Shown here piece by piece: positions 51,803 through 61,328 of a DNA stretch of 64,000 nucleotides (positions are counted from its first letter, which is position 1; each line of letters begins with the position of its first letter). The stretch is from an uncultured Pseudomonadales bacterium. GTDB lineage: Bacteria > Patescibacteriota > Microgenomatia > UBA1400 > UBA12108. The DNA is taken from positions 12,782-76,781 of the forward strand of contig CAZCUC010000003.1 of assembly GCA_964502225.1 (NCBI GenBank), read 5' to 3'. A model generated the notes under the pieces. It did no database searches and was not told the DNA's origin. It saw nothing but the letters and a program-made list of their open reading frames with translations. A program made the position numbers and the translations under genes.

Positions 51803-52105
51803 ATGGCCGCTTCTTATCCCGATCAACACATGCAAAAACTCTTGAGTGCTCTCTCCACGCTCAAAACACCAGCGGAACTCGCGCTTTTCTTGCGCGATCT
51901 CATGACAGTCAAAGAGCTCAAAGATATCTCCCAAAGGTGGCAAATAGTCCTACTGCTAGAGCAAAAGCTCCCTTATCTAGAGATAGCCAAGCAAGTCGGG
52001 GTTTCCACGACTACAGTCACTCGCGTCGCCCTGTGGCTCAATCACGGCCAGGGTGGCTACAAAACAGCTCTCGCGCGTTTGCGCACAATCAACAAAAGTG
52101 CTTAA
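51803..52105 (+). CDS. TrpR-like YerC/YecD repressor (HisR-like candidate)
   Basis: 'FLRDLMTVKEL..ISQRW', 'YLEIA...GVSTTTVTRVA.WL..G.GGY'. Confidence 0.88.
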   Translation: MAASYPDQHMQKLLSALSTLKTPAELALFLRDLMTVKELKDISQRWQIVLLLEQKLPYLEIAKQVGVSTTTVTRVALWLNHGQGGYKTALARLRTINKSA

Positions 52106-52113
52106 CTATAACC

Positions 52114-52365
52114 ATGATAAAACAGAAACCGACGCTCAACCATGCAGATATAGAACTACTCATTGGAATGATGAAGCTTCACTTTGTCACTCAAGATGGG
52201 TTCGCGCAATTTCGTTCAGATGTCATGGACAACTTTGATAAGCTACTCAAAAATACAACAACTACAAATGAAGAGCTTCTAGTCACACAATCGGTTGTCA
52301 CAAGTCATACTGAGCGTCTAGATAGAATCGACAATCTCATGAACCTACCTTCCCTTGCCATGTAA
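52114..52365 (+). CDS. Small coiled-coil hypothetical protein
   Basis: 'FVTQDGFAQFRSDVMDNFDKLL...HTERLDRID'; similar type to 4272-4541. Confidence 0.6.
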   Translation: MIKQKPTLNHADIELLIGMMKLHFVTQDGFAQFRSDVMDNFDKLLKNTTTTNEELLVTQSVVTSHTERLDRIDNLMNLPSLAM

Positions 52366-52374
52366 TTTGTATCC

Positions 52375-52399
52375 GTAGGGGCGAATCATGATGCGCCCG
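52375..52399 (+). repeat. GTAG-type REP
   Basis: GTAG-GGGCG-AATCATGATG-CGCCC: GTAG tetranucleotide at the foot of an imperfect hairpin. Confidence 0.7.
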
Positions 52400-52411
52400 A
52401 ATATTTAGGTA

Positions 52412-52441
52412 TTGACATTCCTCATATCACCATGGTAACAT
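52412..52441 (+). promoter_or_regulatory. Sigma70 promoter of the His-leader operon
   Basis: TTGACA (52412-17), TG-g-TAACAT (52433-41); leader ATG 6 nt downstream. Confidence 0.75.
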
Positions 52442-52447
52442 GAGAAC

Positions 52448-52522
52448 ATGAAACAAGTTAAGATCTCAATTGCTCTACACCATACCTCCCATACAACCGT
52501 GGCGGGGGTCCTCTTAGGATAA
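52448..52522 (+). CDS. His-containing attenuator leader peptide (24 aa)
   Basis: MKQVKISIALHHTSHTTVAGVLLG; His codons at 52478, 52481, 52490. Confidence 0.7.
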   Translation: MKQVKISIALHHTSHTTVAGVLLG

Positions 52523-52550
52523 AAAAAAGAAATAATTAGTTTCTTCCCAT

Positions 52551-52575
52551 ACCCCGCTCACCAGCGGGTTTTTTG
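52551..52575 (+). terminator. Attenuator terminator
   Basis: CCCGCT-CACC-AGCGGG-TTTTTT; its 5' arm CCCCGC is complementary to GCGGGG (52502-07) in the leader ORF. Confidence 0.85.
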
Positions 52576-52594
52576 TATTAATTAAAGGAAATAT

Positions 52595-52891
52595 ATGAAA
52601 GAAAAATATAGTGACAATACATCACAAAAAGAAGTTACTCTGTATTACGCGTTGATGGCAGGAGCATTACTTCTTGGAGGCATTGGATCTCTGCTTGATA
52701 GGTCAGAAAATAATCTGGCTCAGGCAAAATTAGATCTCATTGCAAATCCAACTACAGCCCCAGAACGTTGTGATCCATACGGCTGTACATTGGTAGAGAG
52801 AAAAGTATGCGATGGCAATAATACAATATTCGATTTTAGTGACGATGTTTGTGAAGATATACTCGTTTGGACAACAAATTACTCAAGGTAA
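52595..52891 (+). CDS. Small single-TM protein with four C-terminal Cys
   Basis: SD AAAGGA; TM 'VTLYYALMAGALLLGGIG'; 'CDPYGC..VC..VC'. Confidence 0.6.
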   Translation: MKEKYSDNTSQKEVTLYYALMAGALLLGGIGSLLDRSENNLAQAKLDLIANPTTAPERCDPYGCTLVERKVCDGNNTIFDFSDDVCEDILVWTTNYSR

Positions 52892-52893
52892 TA

Positions 52894-54006
52894 ATGTCTA
52901 AAACACTAGATCTTACTAAACAACTCGTCGCCATCCCCTCCTGGGTTGGCGCGGGTTGTAATGAAATAGCAGTCGGAGAATTCATCTACGACTGGCTGCA
53001 AGCAAACACAGACCTTTCTGTGATCAAGCAACCAGTCAAAAATGGTCGCTTCAACGTGATCGCTACCGACGACTCCCCTACCACCCTCCTCATCAACGGT
53101 CACATCGACACTGTCGAGGCAGGAGTCAACTGGACGAGTAACCCTTTCCTTCCCACTATCAAAGATAACCGTCTCTATGGTCGTGGCACTACCGACATGA
53201 AAGGCTCCCTAGCGGCCATGCTCACCGCCGTGTCCGAGGTCAAAAACACCAAGGGACTCATGGTGCTCTGCTATATCGACGAAGAATATGACTTTGCTGG
53301 CATGCTCAAGTTTGTCAAAGAGTATAAAGACAAAATCAAACCCCAGCTCGTGGTCTCACTCGATGGCTACGCCGACAAAATTGGCTATGCCTGTCGTGGA
53401 CTCATAGAAGTTCGATTTAAAGTTAGAGGTAAATCCAGCCACGCCGGTAGACCCAGCCTAGGTAAAAACGCAATTCTTCTGGGCACCGAGCTGGTCAATC
53501 AATTAATTCTAAAATTAGAGTCTGACTTTTCGGATCCTGTCCAAGGTCCCTCAACTTGCAATCTCGCCTACTTAAACGGCGGACTCGATCTGGGTAATGG
53601 CAAAGTTGGGCAGGAAGGCAATAATATCGCCGATATCGCTGAGTTAGTCTTAGATATCCGTCCAGCCGTCCCCAGTTTAGACGCTATGCAAGTCGAAGAA
53701 TTAATCACCACTCTCGCCAAAAAGTTGGGTATTCAAATTGAATCTTGGACCACGCGTCACAACTTAGGAGCTTGGTTTACCGACCCAGCAATTCTACAGG
53801 CTCAACTCGATTTGCCAGGCAACTACGAACCCTTTCGTGGCTACGTCGACACCCAGATGCTCTGGCAGTGCTGGGACGGCGTCACTTGTTGTGCCATCGG
53901 TGCTAGCACGCTAGAGTGTGCTCACGCAGTAGATGAATACGTGGAAATAAATAATCTCGAGAAAACCTATTTAAACGTAGTTAAACTTATCAAAAAACAG
54001 GTATAA
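52894..54006 (+). CDS. M20 family metallo-amidohydrolase (ArgE/DapE-like)
   Basis: 'NGHIDTV', 'GRGTTDMKG', 'DEE', 'GKSSHAG', 'AHAVDEYV'. Confidence 0.92.
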   Translation: MSKTLDLTKQLVAIPSWVGAGCNEIAVGEFIYDWLQANTDLSVIKQPVKNGRFNVIATDDSPTTLLINGHIDTVEAGVNWTSNPFLPTIKDNRLYGRGTTDMKGSLAAMLTAVSEVKNTKGLMVLCYIDEEYDFAGMLKFVKEYKDKIKPQLVVSLDGYADKIGYACRGLIEVRFKVRGKSSHAGRPSLGKNAILLGTELVNQLILKLESDFSDPVQGPSTCNLAYLNGGLDLGNGKVGQEGNNIADIAELVLDIRPAVPSLDAMQVEELITTLAKKLGIQIESWTTRHNLGAWFTDPAILQAQLDLPGNYEPFRGYVDTQMLWQCWDGVTCCAIGASTLECAHAVDEYVEINNLEKTYLNVVKLIKKQV

Positions 54007-54014
54007 TCAAACAT

Positions 54015-55229
54015 ATGCAAAAACAAAACCTGCAGACACTTAAAGGTTTCAGAGATTTTTTGCCCGCCGAAGTATACAAGAGGCAATGGGTCAAGGACAT
54101 CATGGTCAAAACGGCCCAGGCCTGGGGCTACGAACCCATCGAGACCCCTACCCTCGAATCGTATTCCGTGTTTAAAGGAGAGATTGGCGAAGACGAAAAG
54201 TTGTTCTACAAGTTTACCGACAATGGTGGTCGAGAAGTCATGCTCCGCTACGACCAAACCGTCCCTACCTGTCGCTATGTCGCGGCCAATCAAAACAATC
54301 TCACTTTCCCCTTCCGCAGATACCAAACCCAATCTGTTTTCCGAGCGGAGAACACCCAGCGTGGACGGTACCGTGAATTTACCCAATTTGATCTCGATAT
54401 TTTTGGGGTTAGCTCCCCCTCCGCCGACGCCGAGGTCATCGCCGTCAACCTCGACACGCTCCTCAAAATCGGCTTTAAAAAACCGGTCATCATTTTTAAT
54501 AATCGCGATCTCATGAAAGACATCCCCTACGACGCCATCGTGGCGATCGACAAGCTCAAAAAAATCGGCCGTGACGGCGTGATTGCCGATATGATCAGCA
54601 AAGGTATCACTGAGGCCGATGCCAACAAATATTTTGATGCTGTAGCCAATATCCAGCCCGACGAGACCATCAAAACTATCACCACTTATCTAGAAAACTC
54701 TGGTTTTGGTCAAGAATACTATCGTTTCGAACCCACGCTCGCCCGCTCTTTCTCCTACTCCCAGGGACCCATCTGGGAACTCGTGATTGAGGACTACACT
54801 GTGGGCTCAATCGGTGGCGGCGAGCGATACGATGGCATGGTGGAGCGTTTAACTGGGCTCAAAATGCCCGCAACCGGCATGGCCTATGGTTTTGACCGTA
54901 CTGTCGAGGCCGCCGATCAGCTAGGACTAATCCCTACCCAAGCCACCAAAACCCAGGCTCTCGTCACCATCTTTGCCCCCACCCTGCAAGGCCAGGCCTT
55001 GAAGGTCGCCTCTCGTCTCCGCGATGCCGGGATCAATACCGAGCTCTACCCTAGTCCCAGCGACAAGCTCGACAAACAGTTCAAATACGCCGACAAAAAA
55101 ACCATCCCCTACGCGGTCATAATCGGTGAAGAAGAAGCCGCAAACAACACAGTCACACTCAAGAATCTCGCCACTCGCGAACAACAAACCATTCCCCTTT
55201 CCGAAGCAATTTCCAATTTGAGTGCTTAG
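54015..55229 (+). CDS. hisS: Histidine--tRNA ligase
   Basis: 'KGFRDFLP', 'LRYDQTVP', 'FRAENTQRGRYREF', 'GGGERYD', anticodon domain. Confidence 0.96.
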   Translation: MQKQNLQTLKGFRDFLPAEVYKRQWVKDIMVKTAQAWGYEPIETPTLESYSVFKGEIGEDEKLFYKFTDNGGREVMLRYDQTVPTCRYVAANQNNLTFPFRRYQTQSVFRAENTQRGRYREFTQFDLDIFGVSSPSADAEVIAVNLDTLLKIGFKKPVIIFNNRDLMKDIPYDAIVAIDKLKKIGRDGVIADMISKGITEADANKYFDAVANIQPDETIKTITTYLENSGFGQEYYRFEPTLARSFSYSQGPIWELVIEDYTVGSIGGGERYDGMVERLTGLKMPATGMAYGFDRTVEAADQLGLIPTQATKTQALVTIFAPTLQGQALKVASRLRDAGINTELYPSPSDKLDKQFKYADKKTIPYAVIIGEEEAANNTVTLKNLATREQQTIPLSEAISNLSA

Positions 55230-55270
55230 AATTTGTTTAGGATTTTTATATTTGTGTGATAATGGATCCA

Positions 55271-56185
55271 ATGTCCAAAAATCGTCGTGGTGCCTATCTA
55301 GCTTTACTCTACAATGCTCTCGTCTGGGGTGCCGCCTTCCCCATCATCAAACCTGCCCTGAGTATCATTAGCCCCACCCAGTATCTCTATCTCCGCTTCT
55401 TGGTCGCAGGTATCCTCAGTCTCCCTATGTTTATCTGGTGGTATCACAAAGTCCGGCCGACCATGAAAAAACTCTCCCTATATCTGGTCATGGAGCTAGT
55501 CGGGAGCGTCCTCCCACTGCTCATCCTCTACGAAGGGTTAGAGCGAACGGCCGCCCTCGATGCTTCTCTCATTGGTGCGACAGGTCCCATTTTTGTCGTA
55601 CTCGGTGGAGTAATTTTTCTCCATGAGCGACAAGAAAAACGGGAGTGGCAAGGCCTCGCCCTCTCCATGCTGGGCTCACTCATCCTCGTCGCCGAGCCAC
55701 TCATCTTGGGTACCCACACCGATACTCCCTCCTCTAGTTACGGCAATATTTTGATTTTGCTTTACAACGTAGTCTGGGCAGTCTATGCCGTCCTGGCCAA
55801 AAAGATCTACAAAACCCATCCTCCGCTCTACTTTGGGGCCATCACCTATTTAGCTACCGCCCTAGTTTATGGGGGTTTACTCGCCTCGCAAGGAGAATTT
55901 GTACCATTATTTGAGAATTTGAGAATTTGGGATTGGAGAATTATGTTTCCCGTCCTCTACATGGCTACGCTCGGCTCCGTCGTGGCCAATATTTGCTATC
56001 TCTACGCCGCCAGTCGGATCGAGGTCTCCGAAGCCAATCTCTTTACCTACCTCAATGGTGTCGTCGCCATCCCTGCCGCCTATTTCCTCCTAGGAGAGCG
56101 ACCATCCTGGCTCACACTCATTGCCGTCCTCATCATCGCCTACGGCGTCATCCGCGCCGAAACAAGATCAAAATCTCGATTATAA
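55271..56185 (+). CDS. DMT/EamA family transporter
   Basis: About 10 TMs, two EamA repeats ('WGAAFP', 'LRF', 'P.F', 'LHER', 'LGER'). Confidence 0.9.
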   Translation: MSKNRRGAYLALLYNALVWGAAFPIIKPALSIISPTQYLYLRFLVAGILSLPMFIWWYHKVRPTMKKLSLYLVMELVGSVLPLLILYEGLERTAALDASLIGATGPIFVVLGGVIFLHERQEKREWQGLALSMLGSLILVAEPLILGTHTDTPSSSYGNILILLYNVVWAVYAVLAKKIYKTHPPLYFGAITYLATALVYGGLLASQGEFVPLFENLRIWDWRIMFPVLYMATLGSVVANICYLYAASRIEVSEANLFTYLNGVVAIPAAYFLLGERPSWLTLIAVLIIAYGVIRAETRSKSRL

Positions 56186-56229
56186 TAATAAATTGAGAAT
56201 TCTAAATTCTTCTGGTACAATATCCTCCT

Positions 56230-56508
56230 ATGAAATCAGCCATCCACCCCACATACAATCAGATCACGGTCACTTGCTCCTGTGGTGCCTCTTTCCAGAC
56301 TGGCTCCACCAAGGATGCAATCACTGTCGATATCTGCGCCAAATGTCACCCTTTCTTCACTGGTGAGATGCGCTTCGTCGACCAACTCGGCCGCGTCGAG
56401 AAATTCCAGGCCAAACAACGTGCCGCTTCTGGCAAACGCGCCAAAAAAGATCGCAAAGGTTCTCAGTCCGGCCCCCAGACCTTGACCGATATTCGTGCTC
56501 AAGCATAG
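56230..56508 (+). CDS. rpmE: 50S ribosomal protein L31
   Basis: 'MKSAIHPTY...CSCG...DICAKCHPFFTG...GRVEKF'. Confidence 0.96.
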   Translation: MKSAIHPTYNQITVTCSCGASFQTGSTKDAITVDICAKCHPFFTGEMRFVDQLGRVEKFQAKQRAASGKRAKKDRKGSQSGPQTLTDIRAQA

Positions 56509-56535
56509 CTTATCTCCATACCGTATACTCAATCT

Positions 56536-57573
56536 ATGGCCACCGATCTTGTTGCGCTAATAGCCAAATACGACTCCCTAGTCCAAATGTCAGGTGATCC
56601 AGCCCATGCTACCAATCTGGCAGAAATCGGCGAAGAGCTCGCAGACCTCACCCCCAAAGCCGAGCTAGCCAAAGGGATCATTACACTAGAACAGCAAATA
56701 AAAGAAGCCGAAGAATTCTCAACCGGTAGCGACGAACTTGCCAACCTAGCCAAAGCCGAAATTTATGATCTTAAATCCAAGATCGCAAATCTTAAATCTG
56801 AACTGGCTAATCTCGAAACCTCCGCGGACACCGAGCAAGATAAAAGACCAGCTATCATCGAGTTTCGCCCTGGCGCAGGCGGAGACGAAGCCAAAATCTG
56901 GGCCGCCGATCTCGAGCGGATGTACAAACGCTTTGCCGAAATTGTCGGGATAAAGTATGAGCTGATGGACGAAGGGACCTGGCTCTTTTCCGGGCGTCCC
57001 AGCGACCCCAAGCTCCCTCAGGGCGCCTACGGCCTGTTCAAGTGGGAAAGTGGCGTCCACCGGGTACAGAGAGTCCCCTCGACCGAGTCCCAGGGTCGCA
57101 TCCATACCTCCACGGCCAGCGTAGCCGTCCTCCCCAAAATCGATCCCCAAAAAATTACGGTTCGGGATGAAGACCTCGAATGGCAGTTCTTCCGTGCCGG
57201 TGGCCATGGTGGCCAAAATGTGAATAAAGTCAGCACCGCTGTCCGGCTCATCCACCGTCCTACTGGCATCACCACCGTTTCTACCCAGGAGCGCTACCAA
57301 CAGCGCAACCGCGAAATTTGTCTCGATTTCTTGCGCAGTAAACTTTGGGAGATCCAAGAGGAGGAGCGCATCGCCAAACTCGAGGCTTCCCGCCGCTCCG
57401 CCGTCGGCCGCGGATCCAGGGCCGAAAAGATCCGTACCTACAACTACCCCCAGAATCGCGTTACCGACCACCGGGTCGGCCTCTCCTGGCACAATCTTGA
57501 GGCTATTTTAGAGGGCGACCTCACCGATCTCCTCTTCTCCCTCAACCAAGAAATCAACAAAGAGCCAGTTTAA
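56536..57573 (+). CDS. prfA: Peptide chain release factor 1
   Basis: '[20 protein letters not shown]' (PxT), 'GGQNVN', '[15 protein letters not shown]'. Confidence 0.95.
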   Translation: MATDLVALIAKYDSLVQMSGDPAHATNLAEIGEELADLTPKAELAKGIITLEQQIKEAEEFSTGSDELANLAKAEIYDLKSKIANLKSELANLETSADTEQDKRPAIIEFRPGAGGDEAKIWAADLERMYKRFAEIVGIKYELMDEGTWLFSGRPSDPKLPQGAYGLFKWESGVHRVQRVPSTESQGRIHTSTASVAVLPKIDPQKITVRDEDLEWQFFRAGGHGGQNVNKVSTAVRLIHRPTGITTVSTQERYQQRNREICLDFLRSKLWEIQEEERIAKLEASRRSAVGRGSRAEKIRTYNYPQNRVTDHRVGLSWHNLEAILEGDLTDLLFSLNQEINKEPV

Positions 57574-57596
57574 TAAGCACAGAGATTCTTTTTAAA

Positions 57597-58754
57597 TCAC
57601 TCCCCCTTTAGCTCGACCTGCAATTTCTTCATTTCTTTATCCCGGTAAACCTCAACCTCCACCTTATCCCCAATCTTCTTCTTGCTCAACAGCTCACTTA
57701 GCCCTCCCTCTACCTCAGACACGCTCTTGCCCTCAAACTTGGTGATAATGTCTCCCTTTACTATCCCGGCCAGAGCGGCCGTAGAATCATCCACCACTTC
57801 TACCACATACGCCCCCGCCGGCACATTGTTTAGGATCCCCTGCTCCTTACTTATCAGCTGGTAGCGCACCCCAAAGAATGGCCGCTCAAACTGGCCGGTC
57901 TCGTTAAAGTTTTTCAAGCTGTCTTTGACTACATTGATCGGGATCGCAAAACCAATATTGTTGGCCGCCTGCGAAACAGCCACATTGACCCCAATTACTT
58001 GACCAGCCGTGTTTAGTAGTGGACCCCCAGAGTTGCCCGGGTTGATCGCCGCATCAGTTTGGATCACATTATCCAGTTTTTCTGCCCCACTAAATCCATT
58101 TCCGGCTGTGATCCCTCGCCCTAGACCAGAGATCACGCCAGTGGTCACCGTGTGGCGGAACTCACCTAGCGCCGTCCCTATCGCCACCACAAAGTTGCCG
58201 ACTTTTAATTTATCCGAGTCGCCCATCTCAATGGCACTAAACTCGCCACTCGAGACCTTGAGGATCGCTAAATCATTCACTGGATCACGCCAAATTTTCT
58301 CTACCTGGTGTTCACTTTCGTCCTTTAGGACTACCTTGTAGTCGCTTGCTTGCCCCATACTCACCACATGTTTATTGGTTACCACGAGCCCAGTCTTATC
58401 CACAACAAATCCACTCCCAATATCGACTTGCTCAATATCTACCTCTCCGCTAGGTCTCGACCCTCTAAACATCCCAAACGGATCCAAAAAGTATTCTTGC
58501 AGTACTGGCTTTTCTCGTTTGTAAGTCACAGTCACCACTGCGGGAGAGACGCGCTCGGCTACTTCGGTCACGGCGCTTTCCTCAGTCAAGATTCTTTGTT
58601 CGACGACACGGCTGTTACCGACTCGCCGTAGGAGACTATCAATCACTGGCATTCCCCATAACTCCTGACTGACTGCACCACCGATAAATACAATCATGAC
58701 AAACATCCCAATCAATATCCCCATTCCCAGTTGATACATCCCCTGACTCTTCAT
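57597..58754 (-). CDS. htrA: HtrA/DegP family serine protease
   Basis: TM; 'TNKHVV', 'DLA', 'QTDAAINPGNSGGPL'; PDZ. Confidence 0.94.
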   Translation of the reverse strand: MKSQGMYQLGMGILIGMFVMIVFIGGAVSQELWGMPVIDSLLRRVGNSRVVEQRILTEESAVTEVAERVSPAVVTVTYKREKPVLQEYFLDPFGMFRGSRPSGEVDIEQVDIGSGFVVDKTGLVVTNKHVVSMGQASDYKVVLKDESEHQVEKIWRDPVNDLAILKVSSGEFSAIEMGDSDKLKVGNFVVAIGTALGEFRHTVTTGVISGLGRGITAGNGFSGAEKLDNVIQTDAAINPGNSGGPLLNTAGQVIGVNVAVSQAANNIGFAIPINVVKDSLKNFNETGQFERPFFGVRYQLISKEQGILNNVPAGAYVVEVVDDSTAALAGIVKGDIITKFEGKSVSEVEGGLSELLSKKKIGDKVEVEVYRDKEMKKLQVELKGE

Positions 58755-58807
58755 ATCCCACAATATACAAAATCAATTGTTAAAATTCAACCTTGTCACA
58801 TTATGGC

Positions 58808-58892
58808 AAAAATTGGTGGATGAAATTTTGTCGACATTACAGGCGCGATAGCCGCATGTACCGAAGATCAAAATTTGCGTCCAGCAGTTTTT
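58808..58892 (+). repeat. Structured hairpin element, copy 3
   Basis: AAAAATTGGTGGATG-AAATTTTG-tcgacat-TACAGGCG..CGCATGTA-ccgaagat-CAAAATTT-g-CGTCCAGCAGTTTTT. Confidence 0.85.
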
Positions 58893-58899
58893 CAAAGAT

Positions 58900-60135
58900 T
58901 TACTTCAACAACGTCTCTATCGCTCTATCCAACTGTTCATCCAGATCTTTGGTTTCAATATCATCCTCGATTTTTACGTCTGGAGTAATCCCCTCTTTCC
59001 CTATCCATCTCCCCGATGGCAATACCCACTTTGCCACAGTCACATGGAGCGAGGATCCGTCAGCTAGCTCCTGCACCTCTTGGACCGTCCCCTTGCCAAA
59101 CGATTGTTCTCCCACGATCTCTGCTCGTTTGTTATCTTGCAGTGCCCCAGCCGTGATCTCCGATGCCGAAGCCGAGCCTTTGTTTACGAGCACTACCAGC
59201 GGGATACTAGTCAAGTTCCCTTTTCGATCCACATTGTATGTTTCACTATTTTTTCTCCCCTCTTGTTTTACGACTACTCCAGATGCCAAAAACTCACTCG
59301 TCACAAACACGGCCCCATCTAGATATCCTCCTGGGTTATTGCGCAGATCCAGTACTACGCCTGCCGGCTTGGCACTCACAATCTCTGCTACTTTTTGGAG
59401 CCATTCTTTGTCAGTACGGCCACCAAATTTGTGCAACTCCAGATGGGCGATTTTTTTGCCATTTTTCTCGATAAATTTGAGCTCAACCGATGGCACGACG
59501 ATCTCATCTCTCACGATGGTCACATCGTACGATTTTGGCGCACCATCACGATACATAGTCAAAATAACTGGTGTACCGCGCTCACCGCGGATATGGGTAA
59601 CAGCAGTAGGCAAGGTCATCCCCCTGGTGTCGAGATCCACGTTTTTCTTTTCGTCTTTAATATGCAAAATCAAATCTCCTGGCTTAACCGAGGCTTTATC
59701 TGCGGGTGAACCAGTAATCGGCGATACAACGGCCAGAGTTCCGTCTTTATACCCTAGCTCGATCCCCACACCAAAAAAAGCTCCACTCAAATCTTCGTTT
59801 GCTTGTTTGTTTTCCTTTGGTGGCAAGTACTGGGTATATGGATCATCCAGTGATTGGGCCAATCCCTGCATCGATCCCCAGGTCATCTTGGCGTAATCTA
59901 GTTTCGATGGATCGACATAGCTGTTCTCCAGCCGCTTCCATACTTCCCAAAACTTGCTAAAGTCAGCCGCTGTCACTGCGCCCTCACCAGAGTTGCCACT
60001 AAATTTGCGCACAATTGGGCTCTCACTTTTACCTAGTCTTATCTTGGCTGTCTCATACCCACCAGCAAAAACCAACACTCCAAACGATAACAGGAAGAAA
60101 AAGTTGCGAACATGCCTCAAACTTAATTTAGCCAT
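58900..60135 (-). CDS. ctpA: Carboxyl-terminal processing protease (S41)
   Basis: 'LDDPYT', PDZ 'GVGI', 'DLRNNPGG', 'SASASE', 'GKGTVQ'. Confidence 0.93.
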   Translation of the reverse strand: MAKLSLRHVRNFFFLLSFGVLVFAGGYETAKIRLGKSESPIVRKFSGNSGEGAVTAADFSKFWEVWKRLENSYVDPSKLDYAKMTWGSMQGLAQSLDDPYTQYLPPKENKQANEDLSGAFFGVGIELGYKDGTLAVVSPITGSPADKASVKPGDLILHIKDEKKNVDLDTRGMTLPTAVTHIRGERGTPVILTMYRDGAPKSYDVTIVRDEIVVPSVELKFIEKNGKKIAHLELHKFGGRTDKEWLQKVAEIVSAKPAGVVLDLRNNPGGYLDGAVFVTSEFLASGVVVKQEGRKNSETYNVDRKGNLTSIPLVVLVNKGSASASEITAGALQDNKRAEIVGEQSFGKGTVQEVQELADGSSLHVTVAKWVLPSGRWIGKEGITPDVKIEDDIETKDLDEQLDRAIETLLK

Positions 60136-60198
60136 ATCGAATATCCTACACGATAAACTGATTTACGGGAATACGGCTAGACTGATTTACTATTCAAA

Positions 60199-60417
60199 TT
60201 ACGCCGCAAATGGGAGTAGTGCGAGCATGCGTGCGCGTTTTACCGCGATGCGTAGTGCCCTTTGGCCTTTGGAGTCTAGTCCTGTGCGCTCTCTAGGTAG
60301 GATCCTGCCTTGCTCAGTCACGAATCTGCTCAGTGTAGCTACATCTTTGTAGTTAAACACGATAGGAGCATCACCTTTGCTCATAATTGGTTTTTCTGGT
60401 CTTGGTTTGCGTTGCAT
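60199..60417 (-). CDS. rpsR: 30S ribosomal protein S18
   Basis: '[24 protein letters not shown]...[13 protein letters not shown]'. Confidence 0.95.
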   Translation of the reverse strand: MQRKPRPEKPIMSKGDAPIVFNYKDVATLSRFVTEQGRILPRERTGLDSKGQRALRIAVKRARMLALLPFAA

Positions 60418-60459
60418 ATCTCTCCTTATTTTAGTATTTACAGCTTAGTATTTAGGATT

Positions 60460-60996
60460 TTAAAATGGTATATCCTCGACGTTCACGCTGTCGTCAACCG
60501 GCTCCGGAGCCTTCTCCGCTACTTTTTTGACAGCTTTCTTGGGTTTTTCTATCTCTGCCTCAGGTGCAGTTTCACTTTGTGGGACATTAGTCGCCTCTTC
60601 ACTCACCCCCACAAAATCATCTTCGTTAGCTCCACCCATAGGTGCCCCGTCGCGGTTGCGAGTATCCAGGATCATCATATTCTCGGCCACAATCTCGGTA
60701 ATCTCGCGTTGCTGGCCATCTTGACCGGTAAATTTGCGAGTCTGTAGGCGACCCTCAATAAAGATTTTGCGACCCTTAAACAAGAGCTGACCACAAATCT
60801 CGGCCAACTTGCTCCAGGCTACAATTCGGTGGAATTGGGTTTCTTCTTGGCGATCAGAGCCATCACCCGAGCTCCAACTGCGGTTAGTAGCCAGACCAAA
60901 AGTAGCTACAGCTGTACCAGACGGTGTATAGCGGACTTCGACATCGCGCGTCAGATTTCCTATGAGCATTACTTTATTTAGCGACCTAGATGACAT
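60460..60996 (-). CDS. ssb: Single-stranded DNA-binding protein
   Basis: 'LNKVMLIGNLTRD', 'EGRLQTR', C-terminal 'EDIPF'. Confidence 0.97.
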   Translation of the reverse strand: MSSRSLNKVMLIGNLTRDVEVRYTPSGTAVATFGLATNRSWSSGDGSDRQEETQFHRIVAWSKLAEICGQLLFKGRKIFIEGRLQTRKFTGQDGQQREITEIVAENMMILDTRNRDGAPMGGANEDDFVGVSEEATNVPQSETAPEAEIEKPKKAVKKVAEKAPEPVDDSVNVEDIPF

Positions 60997-61010
60997 ATTC
61001 CCTCCTATTC

Positions 61011-61283
61011 TTAAACTCTGACAAACATATATCTGAGTATACTCTCATCCATTTTAAGCATTTTATCCAGTAAGATCTGCTGTGCTGGCTCGAGGGTAAT
61101 TACGAAGTGTTCATACTGGGCCGTAGCCAGTTTTTTGATTGGATAAGCCAGGTGTTTAGAACCCCAGCTCTCCTGCTTATTGACTTCACCTTTAGTTTTT
61201 TTGGCAAAATCGGTCACTAGTTTCACAATACGTGCGACTTCGTCGCCTTCAGGCATCACTATAGTTAGTTCATATGTATTCAT
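61011..61283 (-). CDS. rpsF: 30S ribosomal protein S6
   Basis: 'YEL', 'WGSKHLAYPIKK', 'ILRY'; rpsF-ssb-rpsR order. Confidence 0.94.
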   Translation of the reverse strand: MNTYELTIVMPEGDEVARIVKLVTDFAKKTKGEVNKQESWGSKHLAYPIKKLATAQYEHFVITLEPAQQILLDKMLKMDESILRYMFVRV

Positions 61284-61328
61284 AGGGGGGATTATAGCAA
61301 GAGCTGGTCAGACGTGCAATCGTCAAAA

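Noticed and set aside
56746-57492. 248-aa minus-strand ORF
   Set aside because: Antisense shadow of prfA
58793-59896. 367-aa plus-strand ORF
   Set aside because: Antisense shadow of ctpA; Ser/Pro-rich with no motifs
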